Shown piece after piece: positions 34,252-43,771 of a stretch of 62,376 nucleotides of DNA. The position numbers were made by a program, and so were the translations under genes. Location of the stretch: NCBI GenBank assembly GCA_001871075.1, contig MNUP01000143.1, forward strand, positions 1-62,376. The letters are read 5' to 3'. How positions within the stretch are numbered: the stretch's first letter is position 1; each line of letters begins with the position of its first letter. Source of the DNA: Candidatus Desantisbacteria bacterium CG1_02_49_89 (GTDB lineage Bacteria > Desantisbacteria > UBA1551). The notes below the pieces were generated by a model, which did no database searches, was not told the origin of the DNA, and saw only the letters and a program-made list of their open reading frames with translations.

Positions 34252-35712
34252 TCAGGTGGAATTCATGGCAACGTATTCCTGCCTCCACGGGTAATAATAT
34301 TTTGACCATTCACCCCCGTCGTTTTTGTTGAAATATATTTCCCATTCAATATATTTCAATTCATAGTTATAAGCGCTCCTGAAAGCATTATAAAAATTTT
34401 CCACCGAACCCGTTTCAAGCCGGTCCCCGCCCTTTTTCTTATTGACAAGAACCGTCGTTATCTCCCAACCTTCTTTAAGGCCCATGCCCACCGCGAGGCA
34501 TTTGGACCTTACCTTTTCTATTTTGGCTCCGCCGCTGCCCTTGGAGAACGTTGCGCCAAACATGATGTCAACCTCATCTTCAACCGGAAATCTTGCCTGC
34601 AAAGGTTTCTCGGTCATCTTGACCTTGAAATTCATCTCTTTTCCGTTTCTTAGCACGGTTACGCTTAGTTCGTCGCCGATCTTTCTGCCCAGAATTTCTT
34701 TTTGCAAATCCCAGACCTTTTTTATTGACATCTCATCCAGTTTTACAACAATATCTCCCTTCTTAAAAGGAAGCTCCTTGCCTTCGGCAATGGACGCTAT
34801 AAACACCCCGTCTGTCTCGGTAATTTTTCTTTCATGCGCGGCCTCTTCCCATTGCTTCAGATCCGGCGTAAGGTCCTGGACAGCGATCCCGATCCACGGG
34901 CGCTTTACCTTGCCAGCCGGAATGTATTTCATGGTATCCAAGACAAGCGGCGCCGGAATGGCGAAGTTCAAGCCTTCTGTGTACCACTTTGAATAACCCA
35001 GGGAGGTAACACCCACAACTTCCCCCCGCATATTGAAAAGCGGGCCGCCGCTGTTACCGGGATTAACAGCTGCATCCGTCTGGAGAAGACCTTCGTATTC
35101 ATAGCAGCCCAGGTATCTTCCCTTTGCGCTTATTATCCCGGAGGATGTAGATCTTTCAAGCCCTATGGGATTTCCTATCGCGAATACTTTTTCTCCTGAT
35201 TGCAGGATGTCTACATTGCCGAATTTCACGGGAACTATGCCTTCCGCCTGGATCCTCAATACGGCAAGGTCAGCCTGATAATCACAGAGCAGTATCCCTG
35301 CCTCGTATTCTTTCTTGTCCGACATGACAACTTTGACTCCCTCAAGGTCCTCAGGGTCGTCAATCACGTGCGCATTCGTTATAATATAACCTTCCTTGCT
35401 GACTATAAAGCCTGAACCCATATCCTGATACTGAGCGTTAAGCTCGTTTTTGAGCGTGCGGACAAGCACTACGGAGGGAGCGACTTTCTCAACTATCTTC
35501 GGTAATTCGTCATCTGCGTCAGTTTTTGCTTCCTTCCCGGTCTTTGCTGTTCCTTCCGCCTGCTTAAGCTTCGCCCCGCAGCTTGTGCAGAACTTCGCGG
35601 AATCGTCGCATTTGGTTCCGCATTCAGGACAAAAACCGGCGAAGTCCAATGCTGCCGTAAAAATAAACACACTCACCAAAGCAAAAATAATAAAGAACAA
35701 ACGTTTGCCCAC
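34252..35712 (-). CDS. HtrA/DegP-like serine protease with N-terminal TM + zinc ribbon and PDZ (paralog 2)
   Basis: CPECGTKCDDSAKFCTSCG ribbon, triad motifs ITNAHVI, DLAVLRI and NPGNSGGPL, and PDZ region(s). GTG start at 35712, 6 nt after AGGAGG. Confidence 0.8.
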   Translation of the reverse strand: MGKRLFFIIFALVSVFIFTAALDFAGFCPECGTKCDDSAKFCTSCGAKLKQAEGTAKTGKEAKTDADDELPKIVEKVAPSVVLVRTLKNELNAQYQDMGSGFIVSKEGYIITNAHVIDDPEDLEGVKVVMSDKKEYEAGILLCDYQADLAVLRIQAEGIVPVKFGNVDILQSGEKVFAIGNPIGLERSTSSGIISAKGRYLGCYEYEGLLQTDAAVNPGNSGGPLFNMRGEVVGVTSLGYSKWYTEGLNFAIPAPLVLDTMKYIPAGKVKRPWIGIAVQDLTPDLKQWEEAAHERKITETDGVFIASIAEGKELPFKKGDIVVKLDEMSIKKVWDLQKEILGRKIGDELSVTVLRNGKEMNFKVKMTEKPLQARFPVEDEVDIMFGATFSKGSGGAKIEKVRSKCLAVGMGLKEGWEITTVLVNKKKGGDRLETGSVENFYNAFRSAYNYELKYIEWEIYFNKNDGGEWSKYYYPWRQEYVAMNST

Positions 35713-35788
35713 AACACACCTCCTGTCCGTTCTGAACCACTTTCGCCGGACAGTGCCATCCTGCTTACCGAAACTCAAACATGTCTGC

Positions 35789-37228
35789 CTATGTTGATAA
35801 GACTGAAACTATATACTCCTCCCAGTCTTTATAGTAATTGCCTGATCCGGGGCTGTAGCCAAGCTTCCACTCCAGTCGTTTCCTTTCATAATTATAACTG
35901 CTCCTGAATGCCTGCAGAAAATTTTCTACCGAACCCGTCTCAATCTGGCTTCCTCCTGTTTTTTTATTAAACCACACGTACCGAATTTCATATCCCGTTT
36001 TAAAACCAAGATGTTCTATTAAACCATCGGGTTTAACCTCTTCTATCCTGACCCTTCCGTTCTGTTCCTTGAAAACGCCACCCAGTATAATATCGGCTTC
36101 GTCCTCAAGGGGGAATTTTACCTCCAGGGGCTTTTCCGTCAATCCGATCTTGACATTCATTTCTTTGCCGTCGCGTTTTACGGTTAAATTAACCTCGTCC
36201 CCTATTTTCAATTTCAGGATCCCTGTCTGTAAATCCCATATTTTCTTAACAGGAGAACCGTTCAATTTTACTACTATATCACCTTTTTTCAATAACAGGT
36301 TCTTATCTTCCGCGATCGATTTGACAAGGACGCCCTCTGATTCTGTTATTTTCTTCTCGAAGACCGATTCTTCCCATTGCTTATTTGCGGGTGTCAGGTC
36401 CAGAACGGCAATCCCTATCCACGGGCGTTTTATCTTGCCCGATTTTAAGTATTTGAGAACATCCTGCGCGTAAAGGACGGGTATTGCTAGATTCAGGCCC
36501 TCAGTGACGCTTTTAGAATATCCAAGCGAAGTTATGCCTATCACTTCACCCTGCATGTTGAAAAGCGGGCCGCCGCTGTTGCCCGGGTTGATTGCCGCGT
36601 CGGTCTGGAGAAGACCTTCGTATTCATAACAACCCACGTATCTTTCTTTGGCGCTTATTATCCCGTTGGTGGTTGACCTTTCAAGCCCTAAGGGATTCCC
36701 GACCGCAAAAACCTTTTCCCCTGATACAAGCTTCTCAGCATCGCCTAATTTTACCGGAATTAGGTTCGCAGCCTGTATCTTTAATACTGCAATGTCAGTG
36801 GCGTAATCGTTGATAATGAGCTTTGCCTCATATTCTTTTTTATCCGACATAACTACATTTATCTTTTCAAGCTCATCCGGATCTCCAATAACGTGGGCGT
36901 TTGTAATAATATATCCTTCTTTATCCACTACAAAGCCCGAGCCCCTGTCCTGGAACTGGGCATTCAACTCATTTTTCAGAGTTCTCACCAGTATAACTGA
37001 AGGAGCAACCTGCTCAACCATCTTAGAAAGGTCGGCATCGCCTCCGGGTTTGGATGGCTTTTCTGCTTTTCCTTCACCTTCCGCCTGCTTAAGCTTCGCC
37101 CCGCAGCTTGTGCAGAACTTTGCGGAATCATCGCACTTGGTCCCGCATTCAGGGCAGAATCCCGCAAGGACCGTGCCTGCGGCCAGAAGCATACCTAATA
37201 CAAGAACAAAAACCAGGACCTTTTTCAT
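35789..37228 (-). CDS. HtrA/DegP-like serine protease with N-terminal TM + zinc ribbon and PDZ (paralog 3)
   Basis: MKKVLVFVLVLGMLLAAG TM segment, the same zinc ribbon, and ITNAHVI, DIAVLKI and NPGNSGGPL motifs. Start set to ATG 37228. Confidence 0.85.
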   Translation of the reverse strand: MKKVLVFVLVLGMLLAAGTVLAGFCPECGTKCDDSAKFCTSCGAKLKQAEGEGKAEKPSKPGGDADLSKMVEQVAPSVILVRTLKNELNAQFQDRGSGFVVDKEGYIITNAHVIGDPDELEKINVVMSDKKEYEAKLIINDYATDIAVLKIQAANLIPVKLGDAEKLVSGEKVFAVGNPLGLERSTTNGIISAKERYVGCYEYEGLLQTDAAINPGNSGGPLFNMQGEVIGITSLGYSKSVTEGLNLAIPVLYAQDVLKYLKSGKIKRPWIGIAVLDLTPANKQWEESVFEKKITESEGVLVKSIAEDKNLLLKKGDIVVKLNGSPVKKIWDLQTGILKLKIGDEVNLTVKRDGKEMNVKIGLTEKPLEVKFPLEDEADIILGGVFKEQNGRVRIEEVKPDGLIEHLGFKTGYEIRYVWFNKKTGGSQIETGSVENFLQAFRSSYNYERKRLEWKLGYSPGSGNYYKDWEEYIVSVLST

Positions 37229-37335
37229 AACACACCCCCAGGGCAAACCTTTCTGGGTCAGATACGCATGGATATAGATACTTCCAACGATATTTCAATC
37301 TATGAAATCTGTTTTTAAATCGTGTCCCTAAAGGA

Positions 37336-37436
37336 TCCCCGCTTTCTGCTTTCACCCCTAGAAATCGCGAATGCGATTTCAGGGACTCAAGTCCTGGAAA
37401 TGCTTTGCATTTCACAGGGTAAGAAAGCAGCGGGGA
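37336..37436. other. 101-nt four-way-junction palindrome cluster (candidate structured RNA or repeat)
   Basis: The closing stem tccccgc..gctttc / gaaagc.gcgggga encloses three hairpins: gaaatcgc-gaat-gcgatttc, agggac-tcaa-gtcct and gaaatgc-ttt-gcatttc. Confidence 0.3.
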
Positions 37437-37506
37437 TAATCAAGGATGGCATTTTTGTGCCATCTTAAATAATTATATCAGAAATCGACTAAAAGTCAAG
37501 GAAAGG

Positions 37507-37535
37507 TTGATTTTTTTATATATATATGATATATT
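37507..37535 (+). promoter_or_regulatory. Possible mfd promoter
   Basis: TTGATT, 17 nt, TGaTATATT in a very AT-rich stretch, so false-positive risk is high. Confidence 0.3.
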
Positions 37536-37628
37536 TAATATATACCCTTAAAATACAATTATGAGTTATGAGTGAGTACACTAATGAAGGAATTTCATTA
37601 TTTAACAATATAATTTAAAGGCTCTGAT

Positions 37629-40600
37629 ATGAACAATATAATTTCATTATTAAAGGATAGGGCGCAGTTCAAAGCCCTTTCAAAGATCATGGGGTCCGGA
37701 TCCGCGGTCCGGATCTCAGGCATGTGGGGAAGCTCCGGCTCCTGCCTTGCCGCGGCATTGAAGGAAAAAACCGGCAGAAGCCTGGTGATCGTAGTGCCCG
37801 AAGAAGAGATCGAGGAGGTCAGCCTTGATCTTGCCGCGCTGGGCTTTGATGATATACTTCTTTTCCCCCAGAAGGAAGTGCTGGAAAATGAGAACCTGCC
37901 GGAATATTCAGAAATAACAAGCCGGCGCATCAGCACTCTTGCGGCCCTCTCAGAAAAAACCTTTTCCGCGAAAAATTCTTTCACCATAGTGACATCCCCG
38001 AAAGCGATCCAGGAAAAACTGCCGCGGGTTGGAACTTTTGCCGGAACTGTCAGAAAATTCAGTCTCGGGGAAAAGATCAGCCGCGAAGACCTTATAAAAT
38101 ATCTGTCCGGCAGCGGGTACGTAAGATCTCCGCAGGTCATGTTCTCCGGTGATTTCAGCGTGAGGGGCGGGATAATAGACGTTTGCGCCGCCTCGCGGGA
38201 AAAACCTGTCAGGATAGAAATGCTGGGTGACGAGATCGTTTCCCTGCGGGAATTTGACATTGAAACACAGACATCCGTCAGAAAGATCAGCGAGATAATA
38301 ATCCCGCCCGCGGCGGAAACTCAGCCGGGAGACGAGTGGCAGATCCTTCTCGACTACATCCCGCAGGACAGCACCGTAATGATCCACGAACCGTTTTCAG
38401 CCGATAGCGGCGGGGTAAGCCAGGCCCTTAAAAATCACAGGGCGGTATACCTTAACCGCTCCGCGTCTGACGAACCCGGCGTAATAAATTTCAACATGCA
38501 GCCCGTGCCCCTGGTCTATCAGCCGGACAGCGGGTACAAAGAAAACCGTATTTCTTCCCTTATATCCGAGATCAAGAATTTCCACAAAATAAACTGTTCC
38601 GTCCTGCTCCTCGCGGAATACCGGGGGCAGGCAGAAAGAATGGTTGAACTTCTGAAAGAATATGACATCATCGCGGGACTATCCCCTCACCTCAATCCTC
38701 TCCCTCATACAACACCCCCATCTCAATCTTCCCCCATTGAAGGGGGAAGAAGAATTAGGAATAATGAAGTTAACGGGGCGAGGAAGAATAAGGAAGAAAC
38801 GATCATAAACGTGCTGGATATATCGCACGGGTGGGTGGACCCGGGCTGCGGGATCGCGGTAATAGTCCTTAAGGAGATCTTCGGGGTTTCCAGGGTAAGA
38901 AAACATAAAAACATCTCCCGGAAGGATTTCCTGGCAAAGGGCTGGTCTGATTCCGAGCCCGCTGACTCCTTCCTGCGGGGCGATTACATAGTCCACATCA
39001 ATTACGGCATAGGGCTGTTCGGCGGGATGAAAACGATACCGGTTGAAGGAAGCATGCAGGACCTGTTCATGGTCGAATACGCGGAAGGCAACAAGCTTTA
39101 TGTGCCGCTTGAGCAGATGAACCTTCTGCAGAGATACATCGGAAGGCTTGACCCTCCCCCGCCCCTGAACCACCTCGGCTCAACGCGCTGGCAGAACATA
39201 AGAAAGCGCACAAAAGAATCCGTCCGGGAATACGCGAAGGAACTCCTGGAGCTCTACGCGTGGCGCAAGTCCCTGCAGGGCTATTCGTTCTCGAAGGATT
39301 CTCACTGGCAGCAGGAATTCGAAATGGATTTTCCCTACGAGGAAACCGCGGACCAGCTGCGCACCATACAGGAAGTGAAGGACGACATGGAAAAGGACGT
39401 GCCGATGGACCGGGTGGTCTGCGGCGACGTGGGATACGGAAAAACAGAGGTCGCGATGAGGGCCGCCTTCAAATCCGTTACCGACGGAAAGCAGGCGGCG
39501 ATCCTGGTCCCCACCACAATACTGGCAGAGCAGCACTTCCAGACGTTCTCCGAAAGAATGGCGCCCTACCCCGTCAGGATAGGAATGCTGAGCAGGTTCA
39601 ATTCAGGGGAAGAACAGGAAAAAATACTGAAGGAGATCTCAGAAGGCAAAATAGACATAGTCATAGGCACTCACCGCCTGATCCAGAGCGACGTGAAATT
39701 CCCCAACCTCGGGCTCCTGGTGGTGGACGAGGAACAGCGCTTCGGCGTGGCGCAGAAAGAATATCTGAAGAAAGTGAAGAAAAACGTGGACGTGCTCTCG
39801 CTGAGCGCGACCCCCATCCCCCGCACTCTTTATATGTCCGTGCACGGCGTCAGGGACATGAGCATAATCGGCACTCCCCCTCCCGAACGCCTTTCCATCA
39901 AAACATTCGTGACTGAATTCAGCCCGCAGGCGGTCAGGACCGCGATCCTCAGGGAAATGGAAAGGAAGGGACAGGTATTTTACGTGCACAACCGCATCAG
40001 GACCATAGACGTGCACCTCCGCAACCTGCAAAACCTTGTGCCTGACGCCCGCATCGCGGTCGCGCACGGCCAGATGGACGAGGAGAAACTGGAACAGATA
40101 ATGCTGAAATTCCTCAGCCGCGAATACGACGTCCTCCTGTCAACGGATATCGTCGGCGCGGGGCTTGACATAGCGAACGCGAACACCATCATCGTCACGG
40201 ACTGCCAGGATTTCGGCCTTGCCCAGCTCTACCAGCTCAGGGGGCGGGTCGGGAGGACCGGCCACCAGGCATACGCCTACATTTTCTACAACCCGGCCAA
40301 GGTCGCGACTGAATCCGCCCGCAGGCGGCTGAAGGCGGTCTCGGAATTCGTCCAGCTCGGTTCAGGCCTGCGGCTCGCGATGAGGGACCTTGAAATAAGA
40401 GGCGCGGGCAACCTTCTGGGCAAAGAACAGCACGGCCATATCCAGAGGGTCGGGCTTGAGCTTTACTGCAAAATGCTGGAGGACGCGGTATCTGAATTAA
40501 AAGGAGAACCGGCAGAGGAAGAAATTGAACCTGTTCTGAACCTGAAGATAGATGCCTTCCTGCCGGATGAATATATAGGGAGCAGCGAGCAGAAAACTGT

Positions 40601-40919
40601 TTTGTATAAGCGCATGGTTTGCGCAAGAAACCTTGAGGAAATAAACGATTTTAGAAATGAGATGAAAGACAGGTACGGCGAACCGCCAAAACAGGTCCTC
40701 CGGCTCATGGAACTGCTGGAAATAAGGATTCTTGCAAGAAACGCAGGCGTTAAATCTGTTGAATTAAAGGAAAATTATATATTATTTACAACAGACGCAG
40801 AAAATTTTAAATTTGAAATTCCGCGGAATTCAAACACGCTTGACCAGGCAAAAAAACACCTGCTTGCCCTGCCCCGGACCGTCAAAAACAGGAGTGACGC
40901 GAAAAAAAATCAGTCTTGA
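37629..40919 (+). CDS. mfd: Transcription-repair coupling factor
   Basis: 1096 aa. UvrB-homology N-region, CarD-like RID ([12 protein letters not shown]), and SF2 helicase motifs ([22 protein letters not shown]) with a TRG/C-terminal domain. Confidence 0.9.
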   Translation: MNNIISLLKDRAQFKALSKIMGSGSAVRISGMWGSSGSCLAAALKEKTGRSLVIVVPEEEIEEVSLDLAALGFDDILLFPQKEVLENENLPEYSEITSRRISTLAALSEKTFSAKNSFTIVTSPKAIQEKLPRVGTFAGTVRKFSLGEKISREDLIKYLSGSGYVRSPQVMFSGDFSVRGGIIDVCAASREKPVRIEMLGDEIVSLREFDIETQTSVRKISEIIIPPAAETQPGDEWQILLDYIPQDSTVMIHEPFSADSGGVSQALKNHRAVYLNRSASDEPGVINFNMQPVPLVYQPDSGYKENRISSLISEIKNFHKINCSVLLLAEYRGQAERMVELLKEYDIIAGLSPHLNPLPHTTPPSQSSPIEGGRRIRNNEVNGARKNKEETIINVLDISHGWVDPGCGIAVIVLKEIFGVSRVRKHKNISRKDFLAKGWSDSEPADSFLRGDYIVHINYGIGLFGGMKTIPVEGSMQDLFMVEYAEGNKLYVPLEQMNLLQRYIGRLDPPPPLNHLGSTRWQNIRKRTKESVREYAKELLELYAWRKSLQGYSFSKDSHWQQEFEMDFPYEETADQLRTIQEVKDDMEKDVPMDRVVCGDVGYGKTEVAMRAAFKSVTDGKQAAILVPTTILAEQHFQTFSERMAPYPVRIGMLSRFNSGEEQEKILKEISEGKIDIVIGTHRLIQSDVKFPNLGLLVVDEEQRFGVAQKEYLKKVKKNVDVLSLSATPIPRTLYMSVHGVRDMSIIGTPPPERLSIKTFVTEFSPQAVRTAILREMERKGQVFYVHNRIRTIDVHLRNLQNLVPDARIAVAHGQMDEEKLEQIMLKFLSREYDVLLSTDIVGAGLDIANANTIIVTDCQDFGLAQLYQLRGRVGRTGHQAYAYIFYNPAKVATESARRRLKAVSEFVQLGSGLRLAMRDLEIRGAGNLLGKEQHGHIQRVGLELYCKMLEDAVSELKGEPAEEEIEPVLNLKIDAFLPDEYIGSSEQKTVLYKRMVCARNLEEINDFRNEMKDRYGEPPKQVLRLMELLEIRILARNAGVKSVELKENYILFTTDAENFKFEIPRNSNTLDQAKKHLLALPRTVKNRSDAKKNQS

Positions 40920-40970
40920 TTTTCATCTCTATTGCATAATATTTGATTTATATAATTTAAACCACGAAAT

Positions 40971-40998
40971 TTGACATTTATAGAAAATGTGATATAAT
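40971..40998 (+). promoter_or_regulatory. Near-consensus extended -10 sigma70 promoter of the Wood-Ljungdahl operon
   Basis: TTGACA (40971..40976), 16-nt spacer, TGaTATAAT (40990..40998). About 60-nt leader to the first gene. Confidence 0.6.
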
Positions 40999-41062
40999 AA
41001 AAACGTTATTAGTTATTAAATGGCACCGCTCTCGGGACTGATTGTAATAACAGGAGATGAAA

Positions 41063-43072
41063 ATGGTGGAAATCAAAAAAACCGGACTGAAACCCAAGGA
41101 AGAAATAATTGAATTGCTTGAAGGAAAAAATAAAATATTCGTGATCGCCTGCAACAAATGTTATAAGGAATACACGGACGAAACCAACGAGGAACTGGAT
41201 CAATTCCTCAAGCTCATGCAGGAAAACGGAAAAAACGTTGTGGGGACAGCCCGCATAGATTTTCTCTGCAACGGACAGACCGCCGGGAAGAAAATTTCTG
41301 AATTTAAAAATATGGATGAAGCTGAAACGATATGCGTCGTTTCCTGCGGCATCGGCGCCCAGACCACCATGGCGACGCTTGACGGAAAACCTGTCTACAC
41401 GGTATCTGACTCATTGTCCATAGCCGACAACGCCACCACGCCGCAGGCTTATCACGGAATCTGCATATTCGGGCAGAAGTGCGCTGCCTGCGGGCAGTGT
41501 TACTTGAACTTCACGGGCGGGATATGCCCTATCGTCGAATGTTCCAAGAGCCTGATAAACGGGCCGTGCGGGGGCGCGAAAAACGGCAAATGCGAGATTT
41601 CCAAGGAGCATGACTGCGCCTGGGAGAAAATATATGAAAGGCTTTCAAAGCAAAACAGGGTGCAGGATTTCATCTTCCTTCAGGTAAACGTCAATGATTT
41701 TTCAAAACCGACCGTTGAACAGACGAACGCGCTGATAAAGGCAGTCAGGGACAAAAGGGATGAAAATTTCTACGGCGGGCTCCACCCGTATTCAAACAAG
41801 GATTCCACCACAGACCTTCCCATAACCGCTTTTCCTGAACCGGAAACCGTTGCGATACTCCTGAGCCAGCATACAGGCAGGATATGCGAGCCGCTTGTAA
41901 AAGCAGGCGAAAAAGTCAAATACGGCCAGAAAATCGGAGAGGCAGGCGCGCCGGTATCCGCCCCAGTCCATTCAAGCGTGAGCGGCGAGGTCATTGCAGT
42001 GGAACCCCTCCTCCATCCTGCTCTAAAAAAAGAAGTGCCCGCAATCATAATAAAATCCGACGGCAAAAACACGCCGCATGAATCAATCGTGCCAAACGAC
42101 CCCGAGAAACTGCCTGCTGAAAAACTGCTTGAAATCATCCGCGAAAAAGGAATCGTCGGGCTGGGCGGCGCGATGTTCCCCACCCACATCAAGCTCAAAC
42201 CCCCGAAACCCGTAGATATCCTGATGATAAACGGCTGCGAGTGCGAGCCCTACCTGACAGCGGACGAAAGGGTCATAATCGAACGGACCGAAAAGGTGTT
42301 TTCAGGCATCCACATAATAGCTAAAATACTGCAGGTAAAAAAGGTGTATTTCGCAGTTGAAGACCATTCACAGAAAGCTATTGCAAAAATAAGGGATTAC
42401 ATCATGCAGAACCCGATGGAGGAAGACCTTTCACTTGTGGAATTAAAAACCAAATACCCGCAGGGGGCTGAAAGGATGCTGATAAAGAAAATCACGGGCC
42501 GCGAAGTGCCCCGTGGAGGGCTTCCCTTTGAAGTGGGAGTCGTTGTAAGCAACGTGGGGACATGCGCCGCGGTATCAGACGCTGTAAGAGAAGGAATGCC
42601 GCTCGTAAAAAGAGTTATAACGGTCGCCGGGGAAAATATCGGGAAACCCGGCAACTACGAAGTGAAAATCGGGACCAGCGTAAAGGACATAATAGCATAC
42701 TGCTCGGGTTCCTTGTCCGGCTTTGATTTCATCTCCTACGTGCTGAAGATGGGAGGACCGATGATGGGCGTCCAGCAGCAGACCCTTGACGTGCCGGTCA
42801 TTAAGGGCACTTCAGGAATTGTAGTCTTCAAGAAAGCCGATATAGAACAAGACATAGCCCGCCAGTGCATACAGTGCGGCAGGTGCGTGGACGTCTGCCC
42901 CATGGAACTGTCTCCCCTGCATTTCATATTCTGCGCAAAACAGGAGAAATGGGAAAATACGGCTGCATACAACGTGAAGGATTGCATAGAATGCGGCTGC
43001 TGCGATTACATATGCCCGTCAAAACTGCCGATAGTGGAAATAGTGAAAAAAGCGAAGCAAAAAATAAAATAG
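41063..43072 (+). CDS. MetV-like domain fused to RnfC-like NADH/FMN/Fe-S protein (RnfC2-type MTHFR subunit)
   Basis: The N-terminal ~215 aa are paralogous to the next gene (LNFTGGICPIVECSKSLINGPCGGAKNGKCEISKEHDCAWEKIY). The remainder has RnfC motifs GLGGAMFPTHIKL and NGCECEPYLTAD plus two CxxCxxCxxxCP clusters. Confidence 0.8.
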   Translation: MVEIKKTGLKPKEEIIELLEGKNKIFVIACNKCYKEYTDETNEELDQFLKLMQENGKNVVGTARIDFLCNGQTAGKKISEFKNMDEAETICVVSCGIGAQTTMATLDGKPVYTVSDSLSIADNATTPQAYHGICIFGQKCAACGQCYLNFTGGICPIVECSKSLINGPCGGAKNGKCEISKEHDCAWEKIYERLSKQNRVQDFIFLQVNVNDFSKPTVEQTNALIKAVRDKRDENFYGGLHPYSNKDSTTDLPITAFPEPETVAILLSQHTGRICEPLVKAGEKVKYGQKIGEAGAPVSAPVHSSVSGEVIAVEPLLHPALKKEVPAIIIKSDGKNTPHESIVPNDPEKLPAEKLLEIIREKGIVGLGGAMFPTHIKLKPPKPVDILMINGCECEPYLTADERVIIERTEKVFSGIHIIAKILQVKKVYFAVEDHSQKAIAKIRDYIMQNPMEEDLSLVELKTKYPQGAERMLIKKITGREVPRGGLPFEVGVVVSNVGTCAAVSDAVREGMPLVKRVITVAGENIGKPGNYEVKIGTSVKDIIAYCSGSLSGFDFISYVLKMGGPMMGVQQQTLDVPVIKGTSGIVVFKKADIEQDIARQCIQCGRCVDVCPMELSPLHFIFCAKQEKWENTAAYNVKDCIECGCCDYICPSKLPIVEIVKKAKQKIK

Positions 43073-43085
43073 CGGGAGCCCCAAA

Positions 43086-43706
43086 ATGTTCATACTTGAA
43101 ACAAAACCGAAGGAAGAACTGGAAAAACTTTTAAAGCCCGGGGTCTGCGTCATAAAATGCATAGGCTGCCGGGAGATAAGCCTGCCTGAAGAAAAAATAG
43201 AGGAATTGTTGAAAAACCTGGAGCTGGATGCAAAAGACGTGCTCGCGGTGGATTACCTGTGCAACGCCGATTTCACGAAGAGCCGCCTTCTGAAATACAA
43301 AAGCGAGATCGATAAATGCAATTCAATACTTGTTTTTTCCTGCGGGGTCGGGCTCCAGGTGCTTGCCGGCATGCTTGAGGAAAAAAGCGCGGTCCAGGGC
43401 TTAAACACGATATATATAAGCGGGCGCGGTCTGGCACCCTCTGATTACGACTGCGACCAGTGCGGGGAATGCCTACTGAACCTTACGGGGGGAATCTGCC
43501 CGGTGACGCAGTGCAGCAAGGGACTCCTCAACGGTCCCTGCGGCGGGGCTAAAAACGGAAAGTGCGAAATTTCAAAGGACCTGGATTGCGCCTGGGAAAA
43601 AATATACAAAAAGCTCGAAGCATCGGGAAGGCTGGACAGTTATTTCAGGAAAATGAAAGTAAGGGATTACTCGAAAGCGCTTGCCAAACCCAAACAACCT
43701 GTGTAA
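43086..43706 (+). CDS. metV: Methylenetetrahydrofolate reductase small (zinc-ribbon) subunit MetV
   Basis: LNLTGGICPVTQCSKGLLNGPCGGAKNGKCEISKDLDCAWEKIY MTHFR_C-type motif. 206 aa. Confidence 0.8.
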   Translation: MFILETKPKEELEKLLKPGVCVIKCIGCREISLPEEKIEELLKNLELDAKDVLAVDYLCNADFTKSRLLKYKSEIDKCNSILVFSCGVGLQVLAGMLEEKSAVQGLNTIYISGRGLAPSDYDCDQCGECLLNLTGGICPVTQCSKGLLNGPCGGAKNGKCEISKDLDCAWEKIYKKLEASGRLDSYFRKMKVRDYSKALAKPKQPV

Positions 43707-43771
43707 CCAGGCAGCAATAATCCGCATAACCGGAATTTAAATCCGCGCAATCACCTGAAGGGAGGCACGAG

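Noticed and set aside
37336-37436. The cloverleaf-like fold might be a tRNA or tmRNA-like gene.
   Set aside because: The stems are 7-8 bp instead of the 7/4/5/5 tRNA geometry, and there is no GTTCRANYC T-loop, D-loop or CCA-adjacent acceptor pattern. I recognised no tRNA anywhere in the window.
41021-41113. A possible 30-codon leader peptide ORF (MAPLSGLIVITGDENGG...) in the 5' leader of the Wood-Ljungdahl operon.
   Set aside because: It has no SD upstream and it overlaps the well-supported start of the first gene out of frame. This is most likely chance.
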